Shown: piece by piece, positions 13,180-24,370 of the stretch
Position numbering within the stretch: the first letter of the stretch is position 1
How the letters are laid out: each line of letters opens with the position of its first letter
NCBI GenBank assembly: GCA_963575745.1
Contig: CAUYUJ010000121.1
Location: 62,001-117,969, forward strand
Origin: Prorocentrum cordatum
Lineage: Eukaryota
Length of the DNA: 55,969 bases
Direction of reading: 5' to 3'
The notes under the pieces: model-generated
The model's input: only the letters and a program-made list of their open reading frames with translations
Told to the model about the DNA's origin: nothing
The model's database searches: none
Translations under genes and position numbers: made by a program

Positions 13180-13589
13180 GTGATGCAGACCGCAGGCCTG
13201 CTCAGCCTTGCCTGCGCGCACGATCTCCCCGCGCCCGATCCCGAAATCGGGACTGCGCTTTTGGGTGGAAGCCCGCGTGGCGGCAGCAGCCCTCGCGCAC
13301 ATACGGTGAGGGCATTGGCCAAGCAACCATCGGATAAGGAACCCATGGTCCTGAAGCCAGTGGAGAACCAACTGCGACCTGGCCGTGGATACCACCCGCG
13401 CGCTCATCAGATCAGGAATCCCCCAGGGCTTGAAGCCTCCTGGGCACGTTCCCAAACCAATGCTCCCACCGCCACCATCCGCTGCAGGAAGCAGGCGGCA
13501 ACGGCAAAAAGCGATGCCGCCAGGGCCTGGCCTGGTGCACGGCGCGGCAGTCTCCGGGAAGCGCGCCTGCCGCCGAGAGCTCACGGGCG

Positions 13590-13820
13590 CTGCGCCCCCA
13601 CGCCTGCGACCCCGCGACAAGCGCTGCGGCATCATGTGCCCGTCTGGAGCTCGCGACAGGAGGCAGGAGGAGGAGGAGGAGGAGGAGGAGGAGGAGGAGG
13701 AGGAGTTTTTCACCGAGGTGCGCCCCCACGCCTGCGACGCCGCGACAAGCGCTGCGGCATCGTGTGCCCGCCTGGAGCTCGCGACAGGAGGCAGGAGGAG
13801 TTTTTTTACCGAGGTGCGCG
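13590..13820. repeat. Two-copy tandem duplication of about 115-130 bp
   Basis: GCGCCCCCACGCCTGCGAC..GGAGCTCGCGACAGGAGGCAGGAGG..TTTT.ACCGAGGTGCGC occurs twice. Confidence 0.75.
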
Positions 13821-14178
13821 CACGCAGGTGGGGGGCGGTTCGATGGCACAGCTTGGCTCCGGCCGCGCTGAACGCTGTGGCTTTCGCGGAGTGGCCAGGC
13901 CATCTGCCCTTGGCGCGACGAGGAGGAGGAGCTCCAAAGGCCATGGTCGATGATCCTCAGAACGTGTCTTGGCGCCAGCGTGCGCCTGCTCTCCACGGCC
14001 CTTCAGCACGGCGAAGGCGATGTCAGGATCTGCTGCTGGGGACTCACGCGGGGGCAAACACACATTAGGCCAACACACGTCCTGAGGGGCCAGCGACACT
14101 TCCGGGGACAACATAGAGCCTGGCGCACCTGACCGAGGCGGAAGGAGCGAGAGGCCCCCGCGGCCCCCGAGGGCCGGC

Positions 14179-14238
14179 CTGCACAGGAGGAGGTAGAAGC
14201 TCGCGGCCGGCGTCGGCGTGAAGGAGAGGGTGCCAGAC
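14179..14238 (-). CDS. Exon G: SGTLSFTPTPAASFYLLLC(R)
   Basis: Acceptor ccgAG|G, donor CAG|GCcg, 60 nt, phase 2 at both ends. Confidence 0.82.
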
Positions 14239-14609
14239 CTCGGCGCTGGGGCCGGGCCTTGGCCCCCGCTGGACGTCCCTGCTCCTCCTCCAGCTCCAAC
14301 TCCTCGCCCTCCTGCTCCTCCCTGCACTGTTCCCTCCCCTCCCTCCTCCTCTTGTACTGCATCCTCCTCCTCTTCCGTCCATTCCCCGTCACCGTTCTCT
14401 AGGAGGGAGGGGGAGGAGAGGGAGGGGTGCAGGAGCAAGAACGAAGAGGACGACTATTCAGGATCGGGAGGGGGATGTTAGCGGTGCTGGGAGGATTTGG
14501 AGTCCTCCTCATCATCCTTCTTCACCTCCTTCTCCTTCTCCTTCTTTATCTCCCACTCAATACCTTCCTTATAGTTACCTCCTCCAGGTGGAACTCCCAG
14601 ACGTGTATG

Positions 14610-15210
14610 TAGAGGGCGCGTTTCGCTTGAGACTCCCTCAGACCGTATAACCCTGGGGCTTGAAATTTGCAATGGCAGGATGGAGCACAGGTCGTCTTCA
14701 AAATGGGACTATCGCATTAGTGCCGCGCGCATTTTAATCATAATGTTTCAGCACATGCAAGACTGATGATGAGGCAGTTTTTGAAATGGGGCTCTCGCGG
14801 TGGCGCCACGCACATTTGTCTGAAACGTTTGCGACATTACCCCGATGGAACACAGCCCGTCTACAAACAAGGATCTCGCGTTGGCGCCGCGCACACGTTT
14901 GGTAAGCATGTGCATCAGCTTCAAAAGGACTCAGGGCGACCTATTTTTCGAGCAGGGGCTCTCGCCTCAACGCCGCGCACATTCGTCTTAGACGCATGCG
15001 GCAGCTAAAAGGATTCAGCGTGGCTCCACTTCGGAATGGGGCTCTCGATCAAGAGTCGAACACCCTCCGTCGCGAAGGTTCGACGCAGCCTCAAGGACGG
15101 AGCAAGGCTCCTCTTCAAAAGCTGAGGCTCTCGCCTCAAAACGCTGCGCGCGCTCGCCGTTAAAAAAGCGTGGACCCGCCACGTGGATGGGAGGGCGATC
15201 CCTTGTCAAA
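14610..15210 (+). repeat. Diverged 83-bp tandem repeat array
   Basis: CTCTCGC-like motif recurs at about 14792, 14875, 14959, 15042 and 15129. Confidence 0.7.
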
Positions 15211-15984
15211 GGGATTTTGTGTATGTGAGATACGTTGTATGTAAAGGCTAGGAGCTTACAGTCGAGGCCAGTTCACACGAAACCTGCCACCAGAAACCCA
15301 ACCCTGAGACCCCAGGGCGTCCATGAGTTTTTGGTACGGGAGCGTCGGGCTCTCCATCGCAAAACCATCGAAGCCCAAGAAACCCAGGGCACCCTGGAGC
15401 CACGCAGGGCGTTTCCTGGCATGGGTCCTCACTGTACAGCTCCGCGTCCAGGGGGTGGTCTCTTACTGTACTCGAGGCTCTCGTTGGAGACCTCCTCGAA
15501 GCAGCTGGCCAGAGGTGGTTCAATGTTTGTGCGCCTGCAACACAGGTCGGGGCCGTCCAGCGTCACAGGGAAACCATCGCTGGAAGCCTCGGTGAACTGC
15601 GCGATCACACGCGCTGCGCATTCCTAGCATGCAAGGCTGCTCCTTTACATAAGCGGAGACTCGCCCGAATGGCAGGCCAATTGTGTGCCTGTCTGTCAAG
15701 GAGGCGCTCCCTGTAATGGATACGAGGGCATTCAGGGACGTATGTATTGCAGCATCGCTGATGCTTCTTGGAACCATTATGGTCACCCTCTATCCTCCTC
15801 CTGCTCCCTCCACCACCTCCTCCTCCTCCTCCTCCTCCTCCTCCTCCTCCGCCAACACCCCACTGAAGAGAGGACATGAAGCCATGGCCCGCGCGAAGTG
15901 CAGCCAAGTCTGTTTGCCTCCTCGTCACCCCTCCGCCTCCACCTCTTCCATCACCTGCCCCCCCCCCTTCCCCAGCTCCTCCTC

Positions 15985-16182
15985 TAGGGAAACGAAAAAT
16001 GGCATAAACATAAAAACTCGGAAAGCCGCGCGGATTTCTTGGATCCGCGCGGGACCCCCCTCCCTGGCGCGCGGAGCGCGCCAGGGGCGGCGCCGGAGGC
16101 GCCGCCAAGGGGCCTCAGCGCCGATCCGGAAATCCGCGCGGGCATCCGAGATTTTATGCTCATGTCACTCTTCGTTCCCCGA
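15985..16182. mobile_element. MITE-B copy
   Basis: TAGGGAAACG...CGTTCCCCGA termini and the same core. Confidence 0.78.
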
Positions 16183-17852
16183 TACTCCTCCACCTCCTCC
16201 TCCTCCTCCTCCTCCTGGCCCCGGCCGCTCTGGCCCGGGGTGCGCTCCCCCGGGGGCCCCATGCACACACCCTGCCCTGTCCGTGCCCGCACGTCCGGTC
16301 TGTGACTCCCGGGTGGCCCTCCGTCCCGCGAGCGAGATCCCAAGGTTGCGCCGCCCGCCTGCGCGGGCTCTCGGGAGCCTCGTCCCCACGGTGGTCGGCA
16401 GGGCACCCGGCATCGCCCTCGAGATGTGCGGTGTGGCCTCCCGGTGTCCTGGCGGCCTCGTCGTCAGCATGCCTGGCAAGGCCACTGGTGCATGTGCGGC
16501 GCGAGCTGCCTGGCAAGGTCACCTCCGCCACCTCCCTGTGCCGGTGCCGTCCTTCCTTGGAGTGGCTCTGCGGTTCTCCAACTTCGGCGGATCTGAGGTT
16601 ACGGTTTGTGTGTGTGTTCTCGGCAGAGCTGCTGTACGGCGTCCTGGCATCGCGCTCGTGGACGGGCCAGCTGCTGCTTACCTTCTTCGTCGCCTCGTTC
16701 GGGTACTTCGTCGTTCAGGTGGAGGGCTTCTGAGTTCTCCCTCCTCCTGCATGCTTGATGGGGACGCCCCCCGAAATGGCCTAAATGTGTGCTCGTCCTC
16801 CTCCTCCTCCTCCTTCTCCTCCTCCTCCTCCTCCTCCTCCTCCTCCTCCTCCTCATTCTCCTCCTCCGCCTCCCCCTACACCTCTCGCACCTCAAGGCCG
16901 TGCGGGTAGCCGTGTGTTCCTGGACTGCGGCTGTGAGGGCGGGGGGGGGCGACGGGGCGGGTCTTGCACGACTTCTTCTGGAGGAAGCAATCGGAGTGAT
17001 GGAAGAGAGTTAGCGGAACTGTCGGCGGACTGTGTTCTGCGCTGCAGCCCGGAGTGAACAACTGCTAGCGCACTGCACCAACAATCAAGCTGTGCAGCAG
17101 ACGTGCGGAACGATGCTCGCGGGTGCGGCTGGTCTGTGTTAACTAACTGGTGTGGTTCCTGCCAGCCCCGCTTCCCGCGACCCCCTTGCGCAATTTCTTC
17201 TGAACGGCCTCGGCCCCCTGTCCAACGAACTGCTGCCACGGCCTCTCCTCCTCCTCCTCCTCCTCCTCCTCCTCCTCCTCCTCCTCCTCCACCACCACCA
17301 CCACCACCACCACCACCACCACCACCACCACCACCACCACCACCCCCTCCACGGCCCTGCTACTGCTTCGCCTCCATGCGATCCATCGCGTCCCCTCTCC
17401 CACTCTGGGGAGGGTGGACGGGCAACCAGGCTTTTGAGGCGCGGGGAGGAGGAGGAGGCCAAGCGGGTGGATGATGCAGCTGCAATGCGAGCAGAAACGA
17501 CGGCATCCACCTAAACTTGTGGCGCTCCGCTCGGCACGCCCAAAGATTTCTGCTCATGGCGTTCACTATTCTTTTTCCTTTCGAAGATGGGGAGGCGCCA
17601 GGGGGGGGGGGGCACCCAGCAGCGGTGACCAGCAGGCAAGGCCAGTGATCGGCGGGGCAGGCCTCCGACCCATGGCGGGCCGCACACCCTCCTCATCCTC
17701 CTCCTCCTCTCCTCCCTCCTCCTCCTCCTCCTCCTCCTCTCCTCCTCCTCCTTCTCTCCTCCCCTCCCCTCCTCCTCCTCCTCCTCCTTCTCCTCCTCCT
17801 CCTCCTCCTCCTCCTCCTCCTCCTCCTCGCACACCCTCGCTGAGCCCACGGC

Positions 17853-17906
17853 AGGTGCAGCGGGTAGTAGTAGTGGCGGGAGCCCTCCACCAAGTTGGAC
17901 ACCCAA
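17853..17906 (-). CDS. Exon F: WVSNLVEGSRHYYYPLH(L)
   Basis: Acceptor gcAG|T, donor CT|GCcg. Joins G to give RHYYYPLHLSGTLSF. Confidence 0.78.
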
Positions 17907-18824
17907 CTGCCGCACGGCTCTCCCCTCTCCCGGCTCCTCCTCCGGCTTCCCCACCGGCTCCTCCACCAGGTCCTCCAACGGCTCCTTCTCCTCCTCCTCC
18001 TCCTCCTCCTCCTCCTTCTCCTCCCTCTTTCTCCTCCCTCTTCTCCTCCTGCCTCTCCTGCTCGCCATCCTGGCCCTCGTCGTCCTCCTCGTCGTCGTCC
18101 TCCTCCACCTCCTCCTTCGCCTCTTGTCTCCTCCACTTCCCCTTCCTGCTTCACCCCCCCTTCCCCTCCCCCTGTTGCTCCTCCTCCTCCTACTCCTGCT
18201 TATGCCGCGTCTGCTGTACACCTACCACTCCTCCGTATGCAGAAAGTCCTCCTCGTCTGACCACTGGCCGTGTCGGTAGGACGGGCCTTGCGTTTCTCTG
18301 GCGACTCTCGTCCCTTCAGTATTCGTTCTGACACATGGAGCTGCATGGACGCAGGGCGGTTCCCCTTGAGCATATGGTGCTCGCTCAGACTTCCTGAAAC
18401 CTTATGACCCAAAAACTAAATATTGCAACACTTACACGGGTGGATGCCGACGCCTTTGCAAGTCGGGACTCTCGCTTGAGACTTCCTGAGGCCCCATGAC
18501 CATACGTGTATAACAGACGTGCACGGGTTGAGGGCGATTACTATTAACGCTGCGGTATTGCTGTACATTTCTTTGATATGATGATCCTACCCCTACCTCG
18601 GCGCCGCTCTTACCGCCAACAGTATGGATGGCTGCTCTGTTTCAACAAAGGGCGCTTTCCTGAACCGCAGAAACATGGGGAGCTCGTCTTTCACGACAAA
18701 ACTTCCCGCAGTGTAGAAGAATGATTGTAGAGGCTTGTGATAATGTATGCTAGGACGCAAGGGGTCATGTGTTTGCTCCTGGACTGTAGGACTTGAGACC
18801 CCCAAGCACCCTTTCCTTGCCTTG

Positions 18825-18941
18825 GCTCCTCGTCCTCCTCATCATCATCATCCTCCACCTCCTCCTCCTCCTCCTCTTCCGCCTCCTCCCCCTCCTCCTC
18901 CTCCTCCTCCTCCTCCTCCTACTCCTCCTCCTCATCATCAT

Positions 18942-18972
<31 letters not shown>

Positions 18973-19070
18973 AGCATCATCAGCAGCAGCATCATCATCA
19001 TCATCATCATCATCACCACCACCACCACCACCACCACCTCCATCATCATCATCATCATCATCAGCATCAT

Positions 19071-19101
<31 letters not shown>

Positions 19102-19109
19102 ATCATCAT

Positions 19110-19153
<44 letters not shown>

Positions 19154-19271
19154 CCACCACCACAATCATCATCATCATCAGCATCATCAGTATCATCAGC
19201 AGCAACATCAGCATCATAATCATCGCCATCATCATCAGTATCATCCTCATCCTCATCCCCATCCTCCTTAC

Positions 19272-19309
<38 letters not shown>

Positions 19310-21050
19310 GCATCATCATCATCTTGTTCATCAGCATCATCATCATCAATAACATCATGAACATCATCGTCGGAATCAGCATCAGAAGCAGCATCACCAG
19401 CATCAGCATCAGCATCATCATCATCATCAACATCATCACCATCCTCATCATATCATCATCATAATCAGAATCAGCATCATCATCGTCATCATCATCATCA
19501 TCAGAATCAGAATCATCATAATCATCATCATCATCATCATCATCATCCTCATCCTCATCCTCATCCTCATCCTCATCCTCATCCTCATCCTCATCAGCAT
19601 CATCAGCACCATCATCATCATCATCATCATCATCATAATCATCAGCATCATCATTATCCCTCCTCCTCCTCCTCCTCCTCCTCCTCCTTCTCCTCTTCTC
19701 CTCCTCCTCCGCTTCCTCCCTCACCCCCAGAAGCTTGCAGCAGCTGGCGCAGGGCCTCTTCGCGCCCCGCCGCAGCACGAGCTGCAGGGGCAAATACTGC
19801 TCCACTGCGCCCAGGTCGCCGTGGTGGTCCTCTCCCTCCCTCCCTCCTTCGCCTCATCCACTCCTCCGCCTCCATCCGTCCTCCGCCTCCCAGTCCTCCA
19901 ACTCCGCCTCGGCCTCCTTCTCCGCTCCACCTCCTCCTCCGCCTCCTCCTCCTCCTCCTCCTCCCTCCCCCTCCTCCCTCCCTCCCTCCTCCCTCCTCCT
20001 CCTCCTCCTCCTCCTCCTCCTCCTCATCATCATCATCATCATCATCATCATCTCATACTTCTCCTCCTCCTCCTCCTCCTCCGCCTCCGCCTCCTCCTCC
20101 TCCTCTTCTCCTCCTGCTGTCCTCCTGTTCCTCCTCTTTGTTTCTCCTCCTCGCGATCCTTCCTCCTTCTCCTCCTCCTCCTCCTCCTTCTCCTACTCCT
20201 CCTTGTCCTTCTCCTCCTCCTCAGTACTACTCCACTGTGCCCAGGTCGCCATGGTGGTCCTCTCCCTCCCTCCCTCCCTCCTCCGCCTCATCCACTCCTC
20301 CCCTCCATCCCTCCTCCGCCTCCACGTCCCCAGCGACTCCGCCGTATGCCTCTTCCCTCCCCGTCCCCTCAGCCTCCTCCTCCTCCTCTTCCTCCTCCTC
20401 CTCCTCCTCTTCCTCCTCCTCCTCCTCCTCCAGCCTCCTCCGCCGCCGCCGCCTCCCCTCCTCCTCCGCCTCCTGCCCCTCCGCTGATCCTCGTGCTCCT
20501 CCGCCTCCTCCTGCCCCTCCTCTTTGTGTCTCCTCCTCGAGTCCTCCTCCTCCTCCTCCTCCTCCTCCTCCTCCTCCTCCTCCTTGTCCTCTTCCTCCTC
20601 CGCCAATTCCTCCGCCAACTCCTCCTCCCCGGCCTCCGCTCCATCTGCATCTCCCATGCACTCCGCCTCCGCTTCCTTCGCCTTCCTCCTCCCTCCCTCC
20701 TCCTCCTCCTCCTCCTCCTCCTCCTCCTCCTCCTCCTCCTCCTCCTCCTCTTCCTCCCCTCCTACTCCTTCCCCACTCCTCCTCTCCTCCGCCTCCTGCC
20801 TCCTCCTCCTCCTCCTCCTCCTCCTCCTCCTCCTCCTCCTCCTCCTCCCCATCTCCTCCTCCCCTCCGCCTCCCTCCCTCCCCCCCCTCCGCTCCTCCTC
20901 CTCGCTCCTCCGCCTCCTCCTCCTCCTCCTCCTCCTCCTCCTCCTCCTCTTTACTAGTGCTCCGCCTCTTCCTCCTTCTCCTCCTCCGCCTCCTCCTCCT
21001 CCGCCTCCGCCTCCTCCGTCTCCTCCTCGTGCTCCTCCTCATCCTCGTGT
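18825..21050. repeat. Long (CAT)n and (CCT)n tracts surrounding exon E
   Basis: Seen directly. Confidence 0.95.
19756..19829 (-). CDS. Exon E: DHHGDLGAVEQYLPLQLVLRRGAK(S)
   Basis: Donor AAGAG|GCcc joins F to give RRGAKSWVSNL. Acceptor gAG|GAC at 19829 is in phase with D; an alternative cAG|TG acceptor exists at 19804. Confidence 0.68.
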
Positions 21051-22639
21051 TTGTCCTATTTCTTTCCCTCCAGCCCATCCTGCTTTTCATTTGCCAAATG
21101 TGTACAGCTGCCCTGTTCTGATTGTGCGCAACATCATGGTGTCTTTGGGGGGAGGTCGGGGCCGCTATGAAAGCCGTGGCCGGAAAAAGAGAAGCAACAT
21201 TCAACGGGAAAAGATGTTTCTACTTCTATTCCGGCCCACTCTTGTCATCCGTTCCACCGCAGGGTTGCCAGAGCTGTGGCCTCGAGGGCCTTTCCCGCGG
21301 GGGGGCCAGGATCCCCTTGGACCCGAGCCCCGTCTTCTCCTCCTGCCAGCACCTGCCGACCCGAGCGGGCCCCGAACACCCTCGAGGACTTTAGGCGAGC
21401 CCCCGCGCCCGAGGGCCCTCGGAGCACCGCGGCGGACCCCCGAGGATCCGGAGAGGCCCCCGGCGGCCCCAAGGATCGTGGAGGGGCCCCCGGCGGCCCC
21501 TGAGGGGACACCCGACAACCGGAAGCTCTCCCTCCGCCCGGGGAGGCCCGAGGCTGGGGACACACCGCTGCTCGCGAGGCGGCGTGCGCAACGAGGGAGA
21601 GGCGGGGCGTGCGCAGGGCCACGAGCCGGGGCACCTCTGGACCTGCCCTGGCCCCTCGCGTCCTCCGCCGCTCCTCCAGGGGGCTTGCCAGAGCTGTGGC
21701 CTCGAGGGCCTGTCCCTCGGGGCGCCGCTGGGCCCGCGCCCCGCCGCCTCCGCCTGCCGGCACCTGCCGGCCCGATCGGGCCCCGAGGCCCCTTCACGGC
21801 TGCACGCACCTGCGAAAGGGGGAAGGACGGGGGGGCCCGATGCCAGGGGGCGGACGAACCTGCCTCGCTCTTGACCACCCTCGCCTCCAAGAGCTGCCAA
21901 GGGATGCCAAGATACGGCCCGCACTGGTCAGGCCGCTCGACGGGGAGGCGCGTGGTTGGACTTGGTTTTGCCTGGAAGCGAAAGCGGGGTAGGTAATTCT
22001 CAGGCTCTGAGATGCGGATCTTCGATGGGGGGGCTCGGGACGGGGATCGGGAGAGACAGGGGTAGGGAAACTGGAGAACAGGGGTCGGGATGTCGGAATA
22101 GCGATATGATGTGAATCAGGATGGGGATCGTGGTATGGAATACGGATGCAGAGGGTAGGGATGGAAGCAGGGAGGATCGGGATTGGGATAGGAGTACGGA
22201 TACACAATGGGAGCCAATGGGTCACAGCGGGAGACAATAGGGGACAACGGGAAGAAACAAGCAACAACGAGAGACAACGTCGCCCACCGACTCCAGCTCC
22301 GGCAATCCACCGACTGGAGCTTGCAAGCCGACGTGTTTGATCGACGGCACCTTGGATCCAAGCTGCGGTTGTGGTCACGGCAGGACTGCTGCTGAGCGGC
22401 TCTGGTACAAAGGCTGCCAGGATGGACCCTTACGGACTGGCTGTTCCCAGACACGCGACATCCTGATTTTTGTCCCAGCTCTCCGGAGGGCCCGACCCGT
22501 TCACCAAGACCAGGATTCCACCCTGAATAGCTTTCTGATTGTCCCGAGGCCTGGTAAGGGCTCCCAGAGACCCAGAGCGACGAAACACCCCCGTGCTGAT
22601 TTGTTTTTGCTCACGAATCGAGCATGTCTGGGGCTCTTC

Positions 22640-22773
22640 CTCGCCATCGCTCGGACGTCTATTCCCCGTGCTTTTTGTTTGATTCCGAGCGCTTCTTTCT
22701 CGCGCGATGGTCGAAGAAATTCCTCGAGGGTCCTCGCTGAGACAACTGATGCACACGCTCGAGCGATGCCGAG
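22640..22773. mobile_element. MITE-G copy
   Basis: Homologous to 6857-6985; 4-bp TSD CTTC. Confidence 0.7.
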
Positions 22774-22974
22774 CTTCCAGGGGAACAACACCGCGGTTTC
22801 GGACGCCCGAAATGGGTACGGAAAAGATGGGCACAATGCCCAATAACAAAGATTGTCCCAAACCAACAGCGGCCGCCGTTGGGCAGGCGGCCTTCTGTCT
22901 CAAATGGACACAGGCCGCGGCGGCGCGGACAGCGAGTCCTGCTCAAATGTTCAGGAACTGCTGTTGAGCATTGT

Positions 22975-23176
22975 TAGGGGAACAAAAACTGACATAAACA
23001 TAGAATCTCGGAGGTCCGCGCGGATTTCTCGGATCGGCGCTGGACTCCCCCTCCTTGGCGCGCGGAGCGCGCCAGGGGCGGCGCCGGAGGCGCCGCTGGG
23101 GGGCCCCAGCGCCGATCCGAGAAATCCGCGCGGACCTCCGAACAATTTTTTGCTTATGTCACTTTTTGCTCCCCTA
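22975..23176. mobile_element. MITE-B copy nested in another inverted-repeat element (about 22788-23232)
   Basis: TAGGGGAACAAAAA...TTTTTGCTCCCCTA; 12-bp flanks gttgagcattgt/gttgagcactgt. Confidence 0.82.
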
Positions 23177-23245
23177 GTTGAGCACTGTACCCGTCCTTTC
23201 GGTACCCACTTCGTTCGTTCGTGCCGAGCGGTCGGGCGGCCAGAG

Positions 23246-23454
23246 TCAGGGGGACGTAAGACCTGGGTACAGGGGACTCGGAAATCCCCGACGAGGTCGT
23301 CAAAAAAATGACGAGGCCGAGCCTGCATTTTGACGAGGCCTCCCGCTGCAGACATCCCACAAAACTCCTGCTCGTCAAAATCCGAGGCGCGGTCGTCAAA
23401 AAACGATGGCGAACCCGAGTCCTGGCAAACCCGGGTCTTACGCTCCCCCTCTGA
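23246..23454. mobile_element. Inverted-repeat element (MITE-like)
   Basis: GGGGACGTAAGACCTGGGT / ACCCGGGTCTTACGCTCCCC arms, with internal TGACGA/TCGTCA motifs. Confidence 0.55.
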
Positions 23455-23476
23455 GAGGGGGCGGCCCGGCGCTCTC

Positions 23477-23518
23477 CGCGGGCCGGATGGGCTCGGCCAC
23501 CGCGGAGACCAGCACGAC
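23477..23518 (-). CDS. Exon D: VVLVSAVAEPIRPA
   Basis: Acceptor ccgAG|G, donor GCG|GAgagc, 14 GC3-rich codons. Confidence 0.7.
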
Positions 23519-23589
23519 CTCGGCCGAGGCGCCCTTTCGCGCGCCCTCGACGGCGCGTTCGCCACCGCCGGCATCGTCGCCGCTCCGGT

Positions 23590-23615
23590 GCCGCTGCCGC
23601 CGCCGTCGTCGCAAG

Positions 23616-23646
<31 letters not shown>

Positions 23647-23656
23647 CGTGCCAGTA

Positions 23657-23714
<58 letters not shown>

Positions 23715-23749
23715 CTCCGTCGCCGTCGCCGTCGCCGTCGCCGTCGTCA

Positions 23750-23788
<39 letters not shown>

Positions 23789-24210
23789 TCGCCGTCGTCG
23801 TCGTCATCGTCGTCGTCGTCGTCGTCCGCCCCGTTCCCGAGGGGGCCGCCGCCGCGAGTCTCGGACTGCCCCGTCGTCGTTAGCACGACAGGCCCCAATG
23901 CAGGCGCGCAGCCTCCTGGTCTCGGGAGGAGGGGGAGGCCCCAACGCCTTCTGCTCCTCAGCCGCCGCTGCCGCCGCCTCCTCCTCCTTCTCCTCCTCCT
24001 CTTCCTCTTCCCCCTCCTGCTCCTCCTCCTCCTCCTCCTCCTCCTCCTCCTCCTCCTTCTCCTTCTCCTTCAGATTCCTCTTGCTCCTTTCATTGCTGTA
24101 CTCCCTTTTATGATGTTTCGCATGTTTATTCCTGGTGTTGCTGTGTTTGTTAATCCTACTGATGTTTGGTATTACTATGTTTATTTTCACTGTCATTCGT
24201 ACTAGTGTGG

Positions 24211-24262
<52 letters not shown>

Positions 24263-24297
24263 AATGATGATGATGATGGTGATGGTGATGGTGATGG

Positions 24298-24368
<71 letters not shown>

Positions 24369-24370
24369 GC
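23590..24370. repeat. (CGT/CGC)n, (CCT)n and (GAT)n tracts
   Basis: Seen directly. Confidence 0.9.

Noticed and set aside
14373..14408. Minus-strand SLLENGDGE resembling the host-protein motif
   Set aside because: Out of exon order and embedded in low-complexity sequence; probably chance.
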